Shown: positions 1 through 12,658 of the stretch, in pieces
How the letters are laid out: every line of letters starts with the position of its first letter
Position numbering within the stretch: the first letter of the stretch is position 1
DNA from: Eledone cirrhosa
Taxonomy: Eukaryota
Length of the DNA stretch: 64,000 nt
Assembly (NCBI GenBank): GCA_964016885.1
Contig: OZ024742.1
Span: 186,620,001-186,684,000, forward strand
Direction: 5' to 3'
The notes under the pieces: model-generated
Seen by the model: the letters and a program-made list of their open reading frames with translations, nothing else
The model's database searches: none
What the model was told of the DNA's origin: nothing
Made by a program: the position numbers and the translations under genes

Positions 1-960
1 TCTTCAGGCGCTCACAGCCCTCGACCAATCAGGCAATGTGATCGGTGGAAACTCCACCTTGGCGTTCTATAGAGGATTAGTAGAGGGGAAGAGCGACGAC
101 GTACTTGGGGAAACTCTAGGCGTCGACGAAAATCAACTAGCCAATCTCTTCGGAAGAACTTTCGGGCCGGGACCTATGGGCAACTTCCTGAAATCCCTGG
201 CCTGGCAGTGCTACCGAGGAGCCTTGACAGTTCGGGATAAACTCTACAGGCGTGGAGGTGCCGTCAGCCGGGAATGTCCGAGATGCGCGCAGGGCGACGA
301 AACCGTCCTGCACGCACTCGTCCAGTGTCCGAGCATCGCTCACTTGTGGGTTTATGTCGAACACCTGCTGTCGCGTGTAGGACGGATCCAGCTATCAGCT
401 GTGTCCATCGTGAGGATTTCCCCGCCCTCTTCCTTTAGCCGGGAAGGGCAGGCTGTTTTTATCTGTCTGGTGGCCATGGCGAAAGAGATAGTATGGTGGA
501 CACGTTTGAAAGGGCTGAAGACGAGCACTTGCCTCTTCGGTGATGCCCTGATTAACTTTTTCAAATTTCATTTGAAAAGGAAAATCAGGGTAGAGAGGGA
601 AGTGCTCTCTTCCCAGCATTTTGTTGAAAGATGGGTGAGAGAAGCAAGAATGGCCCGAGTGAATGGGCCTACTCTGAGTACGTATCTGTAAATTAAAGGT
701 GGACAACTGGGAGAGGGCACTTGCCTTGGTGGTCAGGGTCACTGTGGCCTTTTACTGGGCTTTCTCCACAAATGTCCCTCCGAAGTCTCCCCCCTATTGG
801 GGAATTTTTCATTGTTATTCTTTTTGTTACATCCTCTGTTTTTATTCTTTACACGCAGAAATGCCCATTTGTACCGTCCTGTATTTTCCTGCACTGTCCT
901 TAATGTCTACTTTATGTAAACCCTTGTGGTTAATAAAGAAATCATTATTATTATTATTAT
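1..960 (+). mobile_element. Tx1-clade LINE family A, copy 1 (3' part; continues upstream of the window)
   Basis: ORF2 C-terminus (CPRC...ETVLHALVQC, stop at 691) nearly identical to 9239..12658; 3'UTR, AATAAA at 932-937, (ATT)n tail 944-960. Confidence 0.95.
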
Positions 961-1185
961 GGCCGCACATGTGTGAAGACAGACAAGTCTGCGGGGGGAA
1001 AGGTTCGTAGCTTTAAGCTGTTTTAAAGTGTCTTTTTTAGTATTTTCTTGTCATTAACGAAACTTAAGGTACACATCTTGATTTAAAGAGAGGGATACCT
1101 CTCAATATTCGGGCTTTAAGCCCGAATATTCAAATTTATTTTTTAAAAATTTCGAAAAAAATCGCTTCCCCACTAAAAAAAAATT

Positions 1186-3154
1186 ATGGAAATTTTCGAC
1201 CTTGAAACGGTAAACAACGTTCAGGTCAAAAGTTTAAAGGCAGCCACTGCAGATTTCACCACGACTACGACGGCTACAGTCATGCCTGTCATCCACTCTA
1301 CTGAATGGGAAGGCAAAACTAAAAAGCTACCAGCACAACCTTCTGCCATAGCAGCAGTATCATCTGAAAACGACATCACCACCCCGCCGCCACCACCACC
1401 ACCACCACCACCACCACAACAACAACAACAACTCAGAGCAATAACGACAATAACACCGACAGCTTCAATATAAATAAGGATGGCGGTGGCAACAGCAAGA
1501 ATGACAACAACAACAATAAGAAACACCACATTTGCTGCAGCAGCAGCAAAAACAAAGCGCTTATTGAATATTGATATTGATATTAGCGATAAAGACGAAC
1601 AGTTGGCCAAAGCGTGGAGGCTAATTAAACGGGAGAAGTCCTGGGCAAACCTGACCATCCCGGACGAGGCAATAGCGGCCATGCAAAGGAGGACGGTGCT
1701 CTTTCGATGTATATCGGTGCAGACACGAAAAGTGGAACTTGCGAGCCAAGCAGAGTAGAGGCTGCTTTGGAATACATCGGAAGTAACATAGAGTACAAAG
1801 CAAGAGGCAAACAGTTCGGTACCATCTTGGTACTGTTCAAAACCGAGGCCCTCGCTATTAAGCACTCGGTGACCCCCTGCAGAACGGAACGCATTATCAT
1901 GCATCCGTCCTATATGGGTAAAAGGACAGTGAAGGTACGCATTCCCAGCATCCCACCAGGAATGAACATATGGTGGCTGCTGGGATGCGTAATCGAGGAG
2001 GGGACAGACACTACCCTCCTGGACATCAAAAGGACAGAGAGAGAGAGGACTGGTCCGGAATGGATTTGGAGATTATTCTCCAAATGAAACCGGAGGATAT
2101 GAATAACATCCCAGATTTTGCCCGCCTGTAGGACTTGACAACAATCCAACTAATGATTGACGGAAGAAGGCCACGCTGCTTCGTTTGCGGGGAAGCAACG
2201 CATCTTCAAGCCTTCTGCCCTCAGCGCAAAAATGCAGGGGATCGCAAACCTCCTTTGTTGCCAACGCCAGTGTCAGCACGGAAAGCTGCACCACCACCAC
2301 CACCAAAAACAACATCAACAAAAACACGGACACCAACATCAAAAGCAGCCGGATCACCACCAACACCAAAACCAATCCAAGGAGAAAACGAGGAAAGCTC
2401 TCCCACTCCCCCTACATACACATAGACAAATTATACACATAGACAAAAAAAAAATAAACGCACACACAGACACAGAGACACTCACAGACACAGACCCTTT
2501 GTCTTCCAGCAGCGAAGATGAAGGAAAACCCCAAAGTGCAAAAAAACAGAGAAAACTGACAAAAAAAAGCCCCAACAAAACACAAAAATACACACAACAA
2601 AAAATACAGACACCACTAACGCAAACACATCCCCAATAACATCAGCACCATCAGCAACATCGACACCACCTCCACAATCCCCGAAACGCAAACAACCTAA
2701 ACAAACACAAGTACAAATAAACACACAAATACCTGAAATTGCAGACACCACACCTACAACAAACATAGACATACCCGAAGCTACACCACCTTCACCAAAA
2801 CGAAAACAAATAAAACCACACCAACAAAATGTTAAAAACTTCGTGCTTGTCAGAAGGGCCAACGATAAACTGATGGCCCTCTTAGCGCGAAGCGAGGACA
2901 TTCAAACAGAGGGGGAGATTTTTGAAATGAGCACATTTTGTGTGCCAGAAGATTTGCTTCTGGTCCGAATGTCACTCAATTCCTTCAAAGAAATTCGAGA
3001 GAGCTTTCCTCAAGACGTGGGAAACCCGAATGTGAAACCCACAACAAGACTTTTAAAGGGGTTCCCCAAAGAAACCCCACCAACCATGAAGGTCGAACCA
3101 TCCGACCTTTACAAGACCCGGGAGGTAAGTAAACCTTCCCTCTTTCTCTCTTAG
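1186..3154 (+). pseudogene. Family B ORF1 (gag-like, CX2CX4HX4C knuckle), broken by stop and frameshifts
   Basis: Fragments 1186..1473, 1480..1758, 1707..2087, 2135..2425 and 2843..3154; the central ones are collinear with family A ORF1 (e.g. VRIPSIPPGMN vs VKLTHVPPGMT, GRRPRCFVC vs GKRPKCFRC). Confidence 0.8.
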
Positions 3155-3163
3155 CTTACCAAT

Positions 3164-6100
3164 ATGGCCATATTAAGAGTAGGAAGTTTAAATGTTCGCG
3201 GCCTGGGGTCACCCTGGAAGCAGGGTCGCCTGCTCAACGACCTCCGGTCGCTGGAAATGGATGTGATTGCCGTAAGCGAGACCAGAATTTCCGACACGCG
3301 TGCACTAGCCCCCATTTTCGACGACTATCAGATCTTCGCATCTGTTAGCAGGCCGGGGATGGGGGGTGGGGTGGAAGTGCTGTTTAGGAAAGGACTGGAT
3401 CTCGAGGTAAGGTCGATCTTCCGGGACCCGGACGGTAAGTTGGTGGTCTTGGATGTGAGCAGTAGCGAAGGTGGTGCCTTTAGACTGCTAGCCGTCTACG
3501 CCCCTACAGGGGCCGGACGACCTGACTTCTTTAGGCGCCTGGAGACCTTTCTGGGTACGTCTCGCCCTTTACTGTTAGCGGGGGACTGGAATGGCATCTT
3601 AGACGCACGCTGGGATTGTGTGGGAGTAGCCGATAGGAGCGGGGGGTGCAAAAGCCTCAAGCACCTACTCAGCCAGTTCCAACTGTCTGACAGGTATCGA
3701 CTAGATTTCCCCAATGTGCCAGTATGGACATGGACCAACCGAATGGGGTCATCTAGATCGTATATAGACAGAATCTTCATTAGGAAAATAGATAGAAATA
3801 GAGTGGGCTGTCCACTTTTTAAAACGGTCGCCGATTCAGATCACAAATTTGTGATCTGTACGGTCGACCTAAATAAAACGTGTAGGTTAGGACCGGATTA
3901 CTGGAAGCTGAACATGTCATTTCCGGCACGTAAGGCTTACAGGGACCGAGTCAACAAGTTAGTTAAGCAAAAGTTGACAGGGGGGATCATCAACAACAGA
4001 TGGTGGGGGGCTCTCAAAAGAGAGATTAGAGTAACTTCGATAGAGTTCAGCAAAGAACTAGCGTTAGAGAAAAATAGAAAGGAGGGGGAGCTGGTAGTTA
4101 AGTTAGACGAGGCTATTTGTAGTGGCATCGTAACTGACGTGCTAGCGGCGAGAATGGCATTAGACCATTTCTTCAATGCGAAACACGAAGTTTGCATTGT
4201 CAGAGCTAAGGCGCGTGCGCTGAGAAACGAGGGAACTAAAGGGGTTCGATGGGCCCGCGTGGCGGAGGCGCAGCGTGGTAATAAAACCACAATTCGGTCT
4301 TTGGCGGACCGAGACGGACACGAGATAAGCGATTCCAAGCGGATGTGTGAGGCCTTTCGCCAGCACTTTGCTCGGTTGTTCAGGGAGAGTGGCGAGTCAG
4401 AGAGAGTAGCGGATTTCAGTCCCTACCATGACGGCTTGCCGCGCATCTCGACGGTCGACGCTGAGCGCTGCGAAAGGCCGATTACTTCAGCCGAAATTCA
4501 GGACGCCCTTGTCGGCTGCATGAGGCGCAAGTCACCCGGTTTGGATGGCCTGCCCTACGAGCTTTACGTAAATATGCCAGACTTGTTCTCCGAACTCCTC
4601 GAAGCACTCTACTGTAACTGGCAGCAGATTGGGAGTATTCCCAGTTCTGTGAGCAGGGGAGTGGTGACGCTGATAAGGAAAGACGAGAACAAGAGGGATA
4701 CATTAGACAACTTCAGACCCATAACTCTGCTCAACACAGAGTTTAAGATTTTGGCCAAGGTGTTAGCAAAGAGATTGGCGCTTGTCGTCGAGGATTTGGT
4801 TGGGGAGGCGCAAACTTGCGCAATCCCAGCCAGGTCCATACACGACAATCTCCACCTCATGCGATACATCATAGAGAGGGTTGTGTGTAAACCTGGCCTC
4901 GGTGGGGCACTGATCAATTTAGATCAATCGAAAGCATTCGATAGGGTCGACCATCGGTATCTGGAGTCTGTCCTCAAAGCAGCTGGCTTCGGCCCTGTCT
5001 TTAGAAGCTGGATCGTTGCAATGCACAGCGGCACACGCTCGGTGGTCAAGGTTAATGGCCACCTCTCGACACCATTTCGGCTCTCCCGATCGGTCCGTCA
5101 AGGGTGCCCTCTCTCTTCCCTTCTGTACGTATTGACTCTCGAGCCTTTACTGCGGAAGCTGGAGCTGTTGCAGGGCATCCCGCTCGAACCGGGACGTAGA
5201 AAGGCGGTGTCGGCTTATGCGGACGACATCACCGTGATGGTGTCGAACACCTCAGAAATCGAGGTGGTCGGCACCTTATTGAAGGAATATGAAAGGTTGA
5301 CAGGAGCCAAACTTAACCCGGAAAAGTCGGTGGGCTTGCAGCTCGGAACCTGGAGAGGCAAGCCCATGCCGTCCAACAGCGTCGTGGGGCGCTGGACGGA
5401 CGGACCAGTAAAATCTCGGGGTTTGGTTCGGGCCAGACCTCCAGGTGGAAAAGAATTGGGACGAGGTAACGAGCAGAGTAGCCAGTCTCACCCAAAAATG
5501 GGCTGGGAGGAAGCTATCACTGAAAGGTCGCGCGGAGGTGGCGAATGCGTACATCGCGTCCGTCATCTACTACCGCCTAACCGTCGTGCCTTGCCCCCGT
5601 CCGCGCCTCATCAAGTTGGAACGGCTCCTCTTCAAATTCTTGTGGAGGGGATAAGTTCCGTTGGTGAGGCGGTCCATCTGCTGCCAGCACTCTCTACGCG
5701 GAGGGCTGGGCATGCCGTGGCTAATGATGCGCAGACATGCGTTGAGGCTGCGACATCTCCAGATATTCTGCCTCAATGGTGAACAGGTGTGGTCGCCGTT
5801 TATCAGACGGGCCTTTCCGCAGCTCATTTCTTTGACTGAGCTGCAGTCCTGGGTCAAGAAGAGACCGAGACTGGGTGACTGGCACCTGGAATGTTGCCAG
5901 GCACTCACTGCCCTCTACCAAGCGGGCAATACGATCAGTGGAACTTCCACTCTCGAGTTCTATAGAGGATTAGTGGTGGGCAAGTGCGATGACGCACTCG
6001 GAGAAGCTTTGGGCCTCGACCAAGTCGAACTGACCAGTCTGTACCGGAGGACTTTTGAGCCGGGGACGATGGACAATTTCCAGAAATCCCTCGCTTGGCA

Positions 6101-6588
6101 GTGCTACCGGGGGGCACTGCCGGTTCGGGATAAACTCTACAGGCACGGAAGTGCTGTCAGACGGACCTGCCCAAGATGCGCACAGAACGACGAAACCGTT
6201 CTGCACGCACTTGTCCAATATCCGTGCATTACTGACTTGTGGAGTTATGTCGAACAGCTATTGTCGCGTGTGGAACGAATCCGGCTATCGGCCGAGTCCA
6301 TAGTGAAGATCGAGCCGCCACCTTCCTTAGGTCAGGAAGAGCAGGACATTTTCCTCTGTCTGGTGGCAGTTGCGAAAGAGATTATATGGTGGACCAGGTT
6401 GAATGGACTAAAGACAGAGACTTTTCTCTTCGGCCAATCCCTCATCACTTTCTTCAAGTTTCACCTGGAAAGGAGGGTGAGGGGGGAGAGAGAAGTGTTG
6501 CCCCCCCCCCAGTACATTTGCTAAAAGGTGGGTGAATGTGGCGAGAATGGCTCGTGTGAATGGGCCTACTCTGACCATGCGCCTATAG
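3164..6588 (+). pseudogene. Family B ORF2 (APE endonuclease + reverse transcriptase), disrupted
   Basis: APE motifs (SLNVRGL, VSETR, GDWN, SDH) and RT motifs (KSPGLDGLP, LDQSKAFDRVDH, QGCPLS, YADD); frameshift near 5410, TAA at 5652-5654, frameshift in the C-run near 6501-6510. Confidence 0.9.
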
Positions 6589-7106
6589 GCTGGCTAACTT
6601 GAAAAGAGGGGTGCTCTCCTGGGTGCCCTAGAAGCGCAGGGTGGTTCAGGATTGGTGGTGTACCCGAATCACGCCAGGGTCGACCACCCCCTATCGGGGA
6701 ATTTATTTTGTTATATTTATGCATAGTTTATTTTATATTTTTATATTTTCATTGTTAAATTAGTCTTGCCATTGTGCACTTTTATTCGACCTTATTGTAA
6801 ACCCCCACTGTCCCTGTCTTTGTATTGTCCCCTACATGTCGGCCCTTGTGGCTAATAAATGAAATCATTATTATTATTATTATTATTATTATTGAATGCC
6901 ATGGTTGACGGAGGCTCGGCTCTGTAAGGTATAGTAATTTTTAACCGTTAAAACAATTGTAAATTGTTTAAAACTTGAACCAAATTGTTGATAAAGACAC
7001 CCTCCTCCTCGTGAGAGGGGTCTTTCTGTCCGTTATTTGGCCCTTCGGGGTTAAATAACCAGTTATTGGGGTTTTGTACCCAAAATTTCATTTTAAACAA
7101 AAAAAC

Positions 7107-9203
7107 ATGGCTACGAAAAAGAAATTTCATACGTCACTCCCACTCATTCCGTCTTCTTCTTCCTCAATCATCACTACATCAGAGAGAAGATTGTCTCTCT
7201 CCCTCCCTTCTTTAAATGTGTCTCTCTCCCTCCCTTCTCTTTCGCAAGCGACGAAAGAAAAGAAAAGTCTCGTGCAAAGCGTGCAAGGTTTCTCCACGAC
7301 GACGACGACAGCGACGAAACAGGTGTGCGGGAAATACGAAAACCCAGTTCATTCGTCTGACGTCAGGAATAATAGCAGTAGCAGCCGTAATAACAACAGC
7401 AACAGTGACAATGAAAACAACAGTAGCAGCCGCAACAGCATCACCAGCAGCATAAACAACAACAGCATTAGCAGCAGCAACACCAACAACAACCACAGCA
7501 ACAGCGGCGGAGGCAGTAGTCGTAGTACCTGCAGCAACAACAAAAGTACCAGCAGCTCTGACGACAACAACAACAGCAGAGAAAAACCAATCTCATTTGC
7601 AGGTATTGCGAAAAACTTGGAAACAATCCTCATAACAAATGAGGAATTAGAGGAAGCGAAGAAGATGGTGACAAAGAACGGACACCGAGCAATCTGCAAG
7701 GCAGCGAAAAATTTTTTCGAAACCCAAGAGCACTGTACGGTCACGTACCGTACAGTAAGTACAAAATCCCGTAGGGTGGAAAGAGCCACAGAGGCCCAAA
7801 TACAAAAAGCCTTGGGGTCTGTGTGGCAGAGGAAAACGCACATCACCCGAGGCAAAAAATACGCCACCGTAGACGTACTTTTTGCCACACCCCAGGAGGC
7901 AAAGGCCCAATCAGTAGTGACCCTAAGGAGCGAGGAAATGGTGTTGGTGCCCTCCTACTGCGGGCAAAAAATTGTGAGGGTCAAACTGACCCACGTCCCC
8001 CCCGGAATGACCCCTTCTTGGCTGGCCGCGTCTGTCCTCGTCGGAATCGAGGACAAAACAACTGTACTGCAAGTACAGAAAAAAGTAAGAGAAGATTGGG
8101 TCGGCTCCTCCATTGAGATGCTAATCCAAACCAACCAGGAGTGCATCGAAGCTATCCCGGATGTGATAGACTTCGATAACGGCACTCAACTGCCCATAAG
8201 TGTTGAGGGCAAACGCCCGAAATGCTTTCGCTGTGGATCGAAGACTCACCTCAGAGCCTTCTGCAACGAGAAGACCCTGAGAAAGGAGAAAACCCCCCTC
8301 CTTCCGAATCCGGCTCCACGGCTACCAGCAACAGGACAAGCGGCAACCAGGAACGATAGGTCCGTGGCACCCATACCCACTCCACGGAAATCAAAGACAG
8401 CAGCAGCAGTGGAAATATTAACAACAACAACAGCAATACCAAATGCAGCTGCAACAGAGACTCCAGTGCAAACATCACCAACAACAACAAGTGAAAGAGT
8501 GGAGCTGGTACCCCTCCCCGACCTTACAGAATCAGACATGGAGTGTGAGGTGGGAGAGGGATGGCAAAAGGTCGCAAGAAGGCACAAACGCAGAAGCAGC
8601 GCATCGTCGCCTTTGAAAAGGGAGGAAAGAAATGAGAAAAGGGTAAAGTCTACTGCAAAGAGACCCACAGCAGCAACACCACCAACACCATCACCACCCA
8701 CACCAGCACCACCATCACCACCGGCGACAACCCCACCGCCAACAACACCTTCAACACCACCACCACAAGCACCAACATCGCAAACACAACAACAAAACAC
8801 ACACACCCAGCAACAACGACAAGAAAATAGCAGAACCACACCCCACCCCCAGAAAAACAAATGCACGGCAATAAACACACACAACAAGAAACTAATGACT
8901 TACATAATTGAACACACAGACATTTCACTACAGGACTACATAATACCAGCACCAATCAAAACGCCAACTAACATAAGACTGCTAAAAATAGCACAGAAAC
9001 AATACACAAACATTAAAACGAAATTCCCCAACGCAGTTGGTGATTTCAGGGACCTAGGAGGAACCATCAATCGAAGAGTATATTCAGACATTCTCTTAGA
9101 AGAGCCGACGACCAGCCGAAGGGACGATTCAACGGTCCCTTCACCAGACGATCAAGTGAAAAGGGATGTAAAAACCATCCCTCCTCTACCAAAAGTACGG
9201 TAA
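7107..9203 (+). CDS. LINE ORF1p: N/S-rich N-terminus, putative RNA-binding core, CCHC zinc knuckle, P/T-rich C-terminus
   Basis: First ATG at 7107 (MATKKK; the track's 7074 start is TTG); CFRCGSKTHLRAFC knuckle; position upstream of an APE-RT ORF. Confidence 0.9.
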   Translation: MATKKKFHTSLPLIPSSSSSIITTSERRLSLSLPSLNVSLSLPSLSQATKEKKSLVQSVQGFSTTTTTATKQVCGKYENPVHSSDVRNNSSSSRNNNSNSDNENNSSSRNSITSSINNNSISSSNTNNNHSNSGGGSSRSTCSNNKSTSSSDDNNNSREKPISFAGIAKNLETILITNEELEEAKKMVTKNGHRAICKAAKNFFETQEHCTVTYRTVSTKSRRVERATEAQIQKALGSVWQRKTHITRGKKYATVDVLFATPQEAKAQSVVTLRSEEMVLVPSYCGQKIVRVKLTHVPPGMTPSWLAASVLVGIEDKTTVLQVQKKVREDWVGSSIEMLIQTNQECIEAIPDVIDFDNGTQLPISVEGKRPKCFRCGSKTHLRAFCNEKTLRKEKTPLLPNPAPRLPATGQAATRNDRSVAPIPTPRKSKTAAAVEILTTTTAIPNAAATETPVQTSPTTTSERVELVPLPDLTESDMECEVGEGWQKVARRHKRRSSASSPLKREERNEKRVKSTAKRPTAATPPTPSPPTPAPPSPPATTPPPTTPSTPPPQAPTSQTQQQNTHTQQQRQENSRTTPHPQKNKCTAINTHNKKLMTYIIEHTDISLQDYIIPAPIKTPTNIRLLKIAQKQYTNIKTKFPNAVGDFRDLGGTINRRVYSDILLEEPTTSRRDDSTVPSPDDQVKRDVKTIPPLPKVR

Positions 9204-9238
9204 GTGGTCTTTCCCATTTTTTCCACTCTATTTTAAAC

Positions 9239-12200
9239 ATGACCTCACTCAGAATAGGCAGCATAAATGCGCGTGGCTTGGGGTCGTCATGGAAGCAGGG
9301 TCACCTGCTCAACGACCTCAGGTCACTAAACATAGATGTAGTGGCCATCAGCGAGACCAGAATCTCCGAAGCACGGGCCTTCGCACCGATCTTCGGCGGC
9401 TACGATGTGTACGCATCTCCCAGCCGTCCTGGATCGGGTGGAGGAGTTGCTGTGCTTTTTCGGAGAGGTTTGGATCTCGCCATACGGGCCATCTTCCTGG
9501 ACCCAGAGGGTAAGCTGGTGGTGCTGGACGTGACCAGCGGAGACGGGCAAGCTTTCAGGCTAGTGGCCGTCTATGCCCCGACAGGAGCAGGGCGGCCTGA
9601 TTTCTTCCGGCGTCTGGAGACCTTTCTTGGAACGTCCCGCTCTTTAGTGTTAGTGGGCGACTGGAACGGGATCTTAGATGCACGCTGGGACTGTGTGGGA
9701 TTAGCGGATAGGGGTGGAGGGTGCAAGAGCCTCACCAACCTGCTCAGGCGTTTTGAACTGTCTGACAGGTACCGATTGGATTTCCCGAATGTGCCAATGT
9801 GGACTTGGACAAACCGCATAGGGTCATCCAGATCATATCTAGATAGAGTATTTTGTAGGGAAATAGATAGGTCTAGCATAGGCTGTCCACAATTCAAGAT
9901 AGTCAGCTACACGGACCACAAATTCGTGACCTGTGTGCTTGACTTAGATAGGCTTCATAGACGAGGACCCGGCTACTGGAAGCTAAACGCGTCCTTACCA
10001 GCGCGCAAGGCCTACAGAGACCGGATTAGCGAACTAGTTAAGCGGGCGTTGACGGGGGCCATCGTCAACAACAAGTGGTGGTTTGCTCTGAAAAGAGCGA
10101 TTAGAATAGAATCGATTAGGTTTAGTAAGGCTTTAGCAATAGAGAAAAATAGAGCAGAGGGAGAACTAGTTAGAAAATTAGACGAGGCGCTTAGCAAAGG
10201 CATTGCGACCGACGTGCTTGCGGCGAAATTGGCCCTTGACCAATTCTTCAATGCAAAGCACGAAGGCTGCGTTGTCAGAGCTAGGGTGCGTGCTCTCAGA
10301 CACGAGGGGACGAAAGCCGTTCAATGGGCCCGAGTGGCGGAGGCGCGTCGTGGCAACAAAGCCACGATCCGGTCTTTGGTGGACCACGACGGGCGCATGC
10401 TACTCGATCCCGGGCAAATGTGTGAAGCTTTTCAGCGACACTTCGCTCAGCTGTTCGGGGGCAGCGGGGGGCCGGGTAGAGGGATGGACTTTAGTGTCTA
10501 CCTCGACGGACTGCCGCGGCTCTCGGCCACTGAGGCGAGGTGTTGCGAAAAGCCGATAACAGCCGCTGAAGTACGGGAGGCAATGACTGGCTGCACAAGG
10601 GGTAAATCGCCTGGTTTGGATGGTCTGCCCTATGAACTTTACGTACAGATGCCAGACTTGTTCGGAGGCCTCTTGGCGGACGTCTACTGCAACTGGCAAC
10701 AGAACGGGAGAATTCCCAGTTCTGTGAGCCGAGGAGCGGTGGCACTGCTGAGAAAGGATCCGAACAAGGGGGATAACATAGACAATTTCCGGCCCATAAC
10801 TCTGCTAAACACAGAGTTTAAGATTTTGGCCAAGGTGCTAGCAAAGAGGTTGGCGCTTGTCGTTGGTGGTCTGGTGGGAGAGGCGCAGACATGCGCCATT
10901 CCCGACAGATCCATCCACGACAACCTCCACCTCATGCGATACATCGTAGAGAGGGTAGCTAGGGAACCTGGCACGGGTGGGTCCTTGATCAATTTAGATC
11001 AGTCGAAAGCTTTCGATAGGGTCGACCATCGTTACCTAGCGGCAGTCCTGAGGGCGGCTGGCTTTGGGCCCGTCTTCAGAGGCTGGATCGCTGCCATGCA
11101 CAGCGACATCTGCTCTGTGGTGAGAGTGAACGGTCACCTGTCGGAACCGTTCAACATCATGCGCTCGGTCCGCCAAGGATGTCCCCTCTCGTCCCTCTTG
11201 TACGTATTGACTCTCGAGCCATTACTGCACAAACTGGAGACGTTGAGGGGAGTCCCGCGAGAACTAGGATGCGGAAGATCCGTGTCAGCATATGCGGACG
11301 ATGTCACCGTAGTGGTGTCGAACGCCAAACACATCGAGGCGATCGGCACTACACTAAGAGAATACGAAGCGGTGACAGGAGCAATGATCAACCAGGAAAA
11401 GTCAGTGGGCCTGCAGCTCGGCACCTGGAGAGGCAGGTCCATGCCGTCCAACAGCGTCGTCGGGCGCTGGACGGACGGACCGGTTAAATTGCTAGGGGTC
11501 TGGTTCGGTCCGGACCTCCAGACGGACAAAAACTGGGACGAGGTGACGAGCAGGGTGGCTTCTCTCACCCAGAAATGGGCGGAGAGGAAGCTATCCCTGA
11601 AAGGTCGAGCGGAGGTGGCTAACGCGTACATCGCGTCTGTCATCTGCTACCGCCTAACCGTCGTACCTTGTCCTAAGCCTCGCCTGACTGCGCTGGAGCG
11701 TTTGCTCTTTCGCTTTTTGTGGAAGGGACGTGCTCCGATGGTCAGGCGGTCCATCTGTTGTCAACACCCGCTACGTGGAGGGCTGGGCATGCCGTGGCTG
11801 ATGATGCGCAGGCACGCGCTCAGGCTACGACATCTCCACCTCTTCCTCGACGGTGATCAGGTGTGGTCGCCGTTTGCTAGACGCGTTTTTCCCCAGCTCG
11901 TTTCCTTGACGGAGCTGCAGTCCTGGGTCAAGCGAAGACCGAGAGGGAGCGCCTGGAGACTGGAATGTCTTCAGGCGCTCACAGCCCTCGACCAATCGGG
12001 CAATGTGATCGGTGGAAACTCCACCTCGGCGTTCTATAGAGGATTAGTGGAGGGGAAGAGCGACGACGTACTTGGGGAAACTCTAGGCGTCGACGAAAAT
12101 CAACTAGCCAATCTCTTCGGAAGAACTTTCGGGCCAGGGCCTATGGACAACTTCCAGAAATCTCTGGCCTGGCAGTGCTACCGAGGAGCCTTGCCAGTTC

Positions 12201-12658
12201 GGGATAAACTCTACAGGCATGGAGGTGCCGTCAGCCGGGCATGTCCGAGATGCGCGCAGGGCGACGAAACCGTCCTGCACGCACTCGTCCAGTGTCCGAA
12301 AATTGCTGACTTGTGGGTTTATGTCGAACACCTGCTGTCGCGTTTAGGACGGATCCAGCTATCATCTGAGTCTATCGTGAGGATTGCCCCGCCCTCCTCC
12401 TTTAGCCGGGAAGGGCAGGCAGTTTTTATCTGTCTGGTGGCCATGGCGAAAGAGATAGTATGGTGGACACGTTTGAAAGGGCTGAAGACGAGCACTTACC
12501 TCTTCGGTGATGCTCTGATTGACTTTTTCAAATTTCATTTGAAAAGGAAAATCAGAGTAGAGAAGGAAGTGCTCTCTTCCCAGCATTTTGTTGAAAGATG
12601 GGTGAGAGAAGCAAGAATGGCCCGAGTGAATGGGCCGACTCTGAGTATATATCTGTAA
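9239..12658 (+). CDS. LINE ORF2p, 1139 aa: APE endonuclease, RT, C-terminal Cys/His motif (Tx1/L1 clade)
   Basis: SINARGL, ISETR, VYAP, GDWN, YLDR, TDH (APE); NFRPITLLN, LDQSKAFDRVDH, QGCPLS, YADD (RT); GGLG and CPRC..ETVLHALVQC. Confidence 0.97.
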   Translation: MTSLRIGSINARGLGSSWKQGHLLNDLRSLNIDVVAISETRISEARAFAPIFGGYDVYASPSRPGSGGGVAVLFRRGLDLAIRAIFLDPEGKLVVLDVTSGDGQAFRLVAVYAPTGAGRPDFFRRLETFLGTSRSLVLVGDWNGILDARWDCVGLADRGGGCKSLTNLLRRFELSDRYRLDFPNVPMWTWTNRIGSSRSYLDRVFCREIDRSSIGCPQFKIVSYTDHKFVTCVLDLDRLHRRGPGYWKLNASLPARKAYRDRISELVKRALTGAIVNNKWWFALKRAIRIESIRFSKALAIEKNRAEGELVRKLDEALSKGIATDVLAAKLALDQFFNAKHEGCVVRARVRALRHEGTKAVQWARVAEARRGNKATIRSLVDHDGRMLLDPGQMCEAFQRHFAQLFGGSGGPGRGMDFSVYLDGLPRLSATEARCCEKPITAAEVREAMTGCTRGKSPGLDGLPYELYVQMPDLFGGLLADVYCNWQQNGRIPSSVSRGAVALLRKDPNKGDNIDNFRPITLLNTEFKILAKVLAKRLALVVGGLVGEAQTCAIPDRSIHDNLHLMRYIVERVAREPGTGGSLINLDQSKAFDRVDHRYLAAVLRAAGFGPVFRGWIAAMHSDICSVVRVNGHLSEPFNIMRSVRQGCPLSSLLYVLTLEPLLHKLETLRGVPRELGCGRSVSAYADDVTVVVSNAKHIEAIGTTLREYEAVTGAMINQEKSVGLQLGTWRGRSMPSNSVVGRWTDGPVKLLGVWFGPDLQTDKNWDEVTSRVASLTQKWAERKLSLKGRAEVANAYIASVICYRLTVVPCPKPRLTALERLLFRFLWKGRAPMVRRSICCQHPLRGGLGMPWLMMRRHALRLRHLHLFLDGDQVWSPFARRVFPQLVSLTELQSWVKRRPRGSAWRLECLQALTALDQSGNVIGGNSTSAFYRGLVEGKSDDVLGETLGVDENQLANLFGRTFGPGPMDNFQKSLAWQCYRGALPVRDKLYRHGGAVSRACPRCAQGDETVLHALVQCPKIADLWVYVEHLLSRLGRIQLSSESIVRIAPPSSFSREGQAVFICLVAMAKEIVWWTRLKGLKTSTYLFGDALIDFFKFHLKRKIRVEKEVLSSQHFVERWVREARMARVNGPTLSIYL

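Larger units (their letters stand above)
961..6893 (+). mobile_element. Tx1-clade LINE family B, full-length but disrupted
   Basis: Starts directly after the copy-1 tail; ORF1 remnants with CCHC knuckle CFVCGEATHLQAFC; APE-RT ORF2 homologous to family A; ends AATAAATGAAATC(ATT)9 at 6867-6893. Confidence 0.92.
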
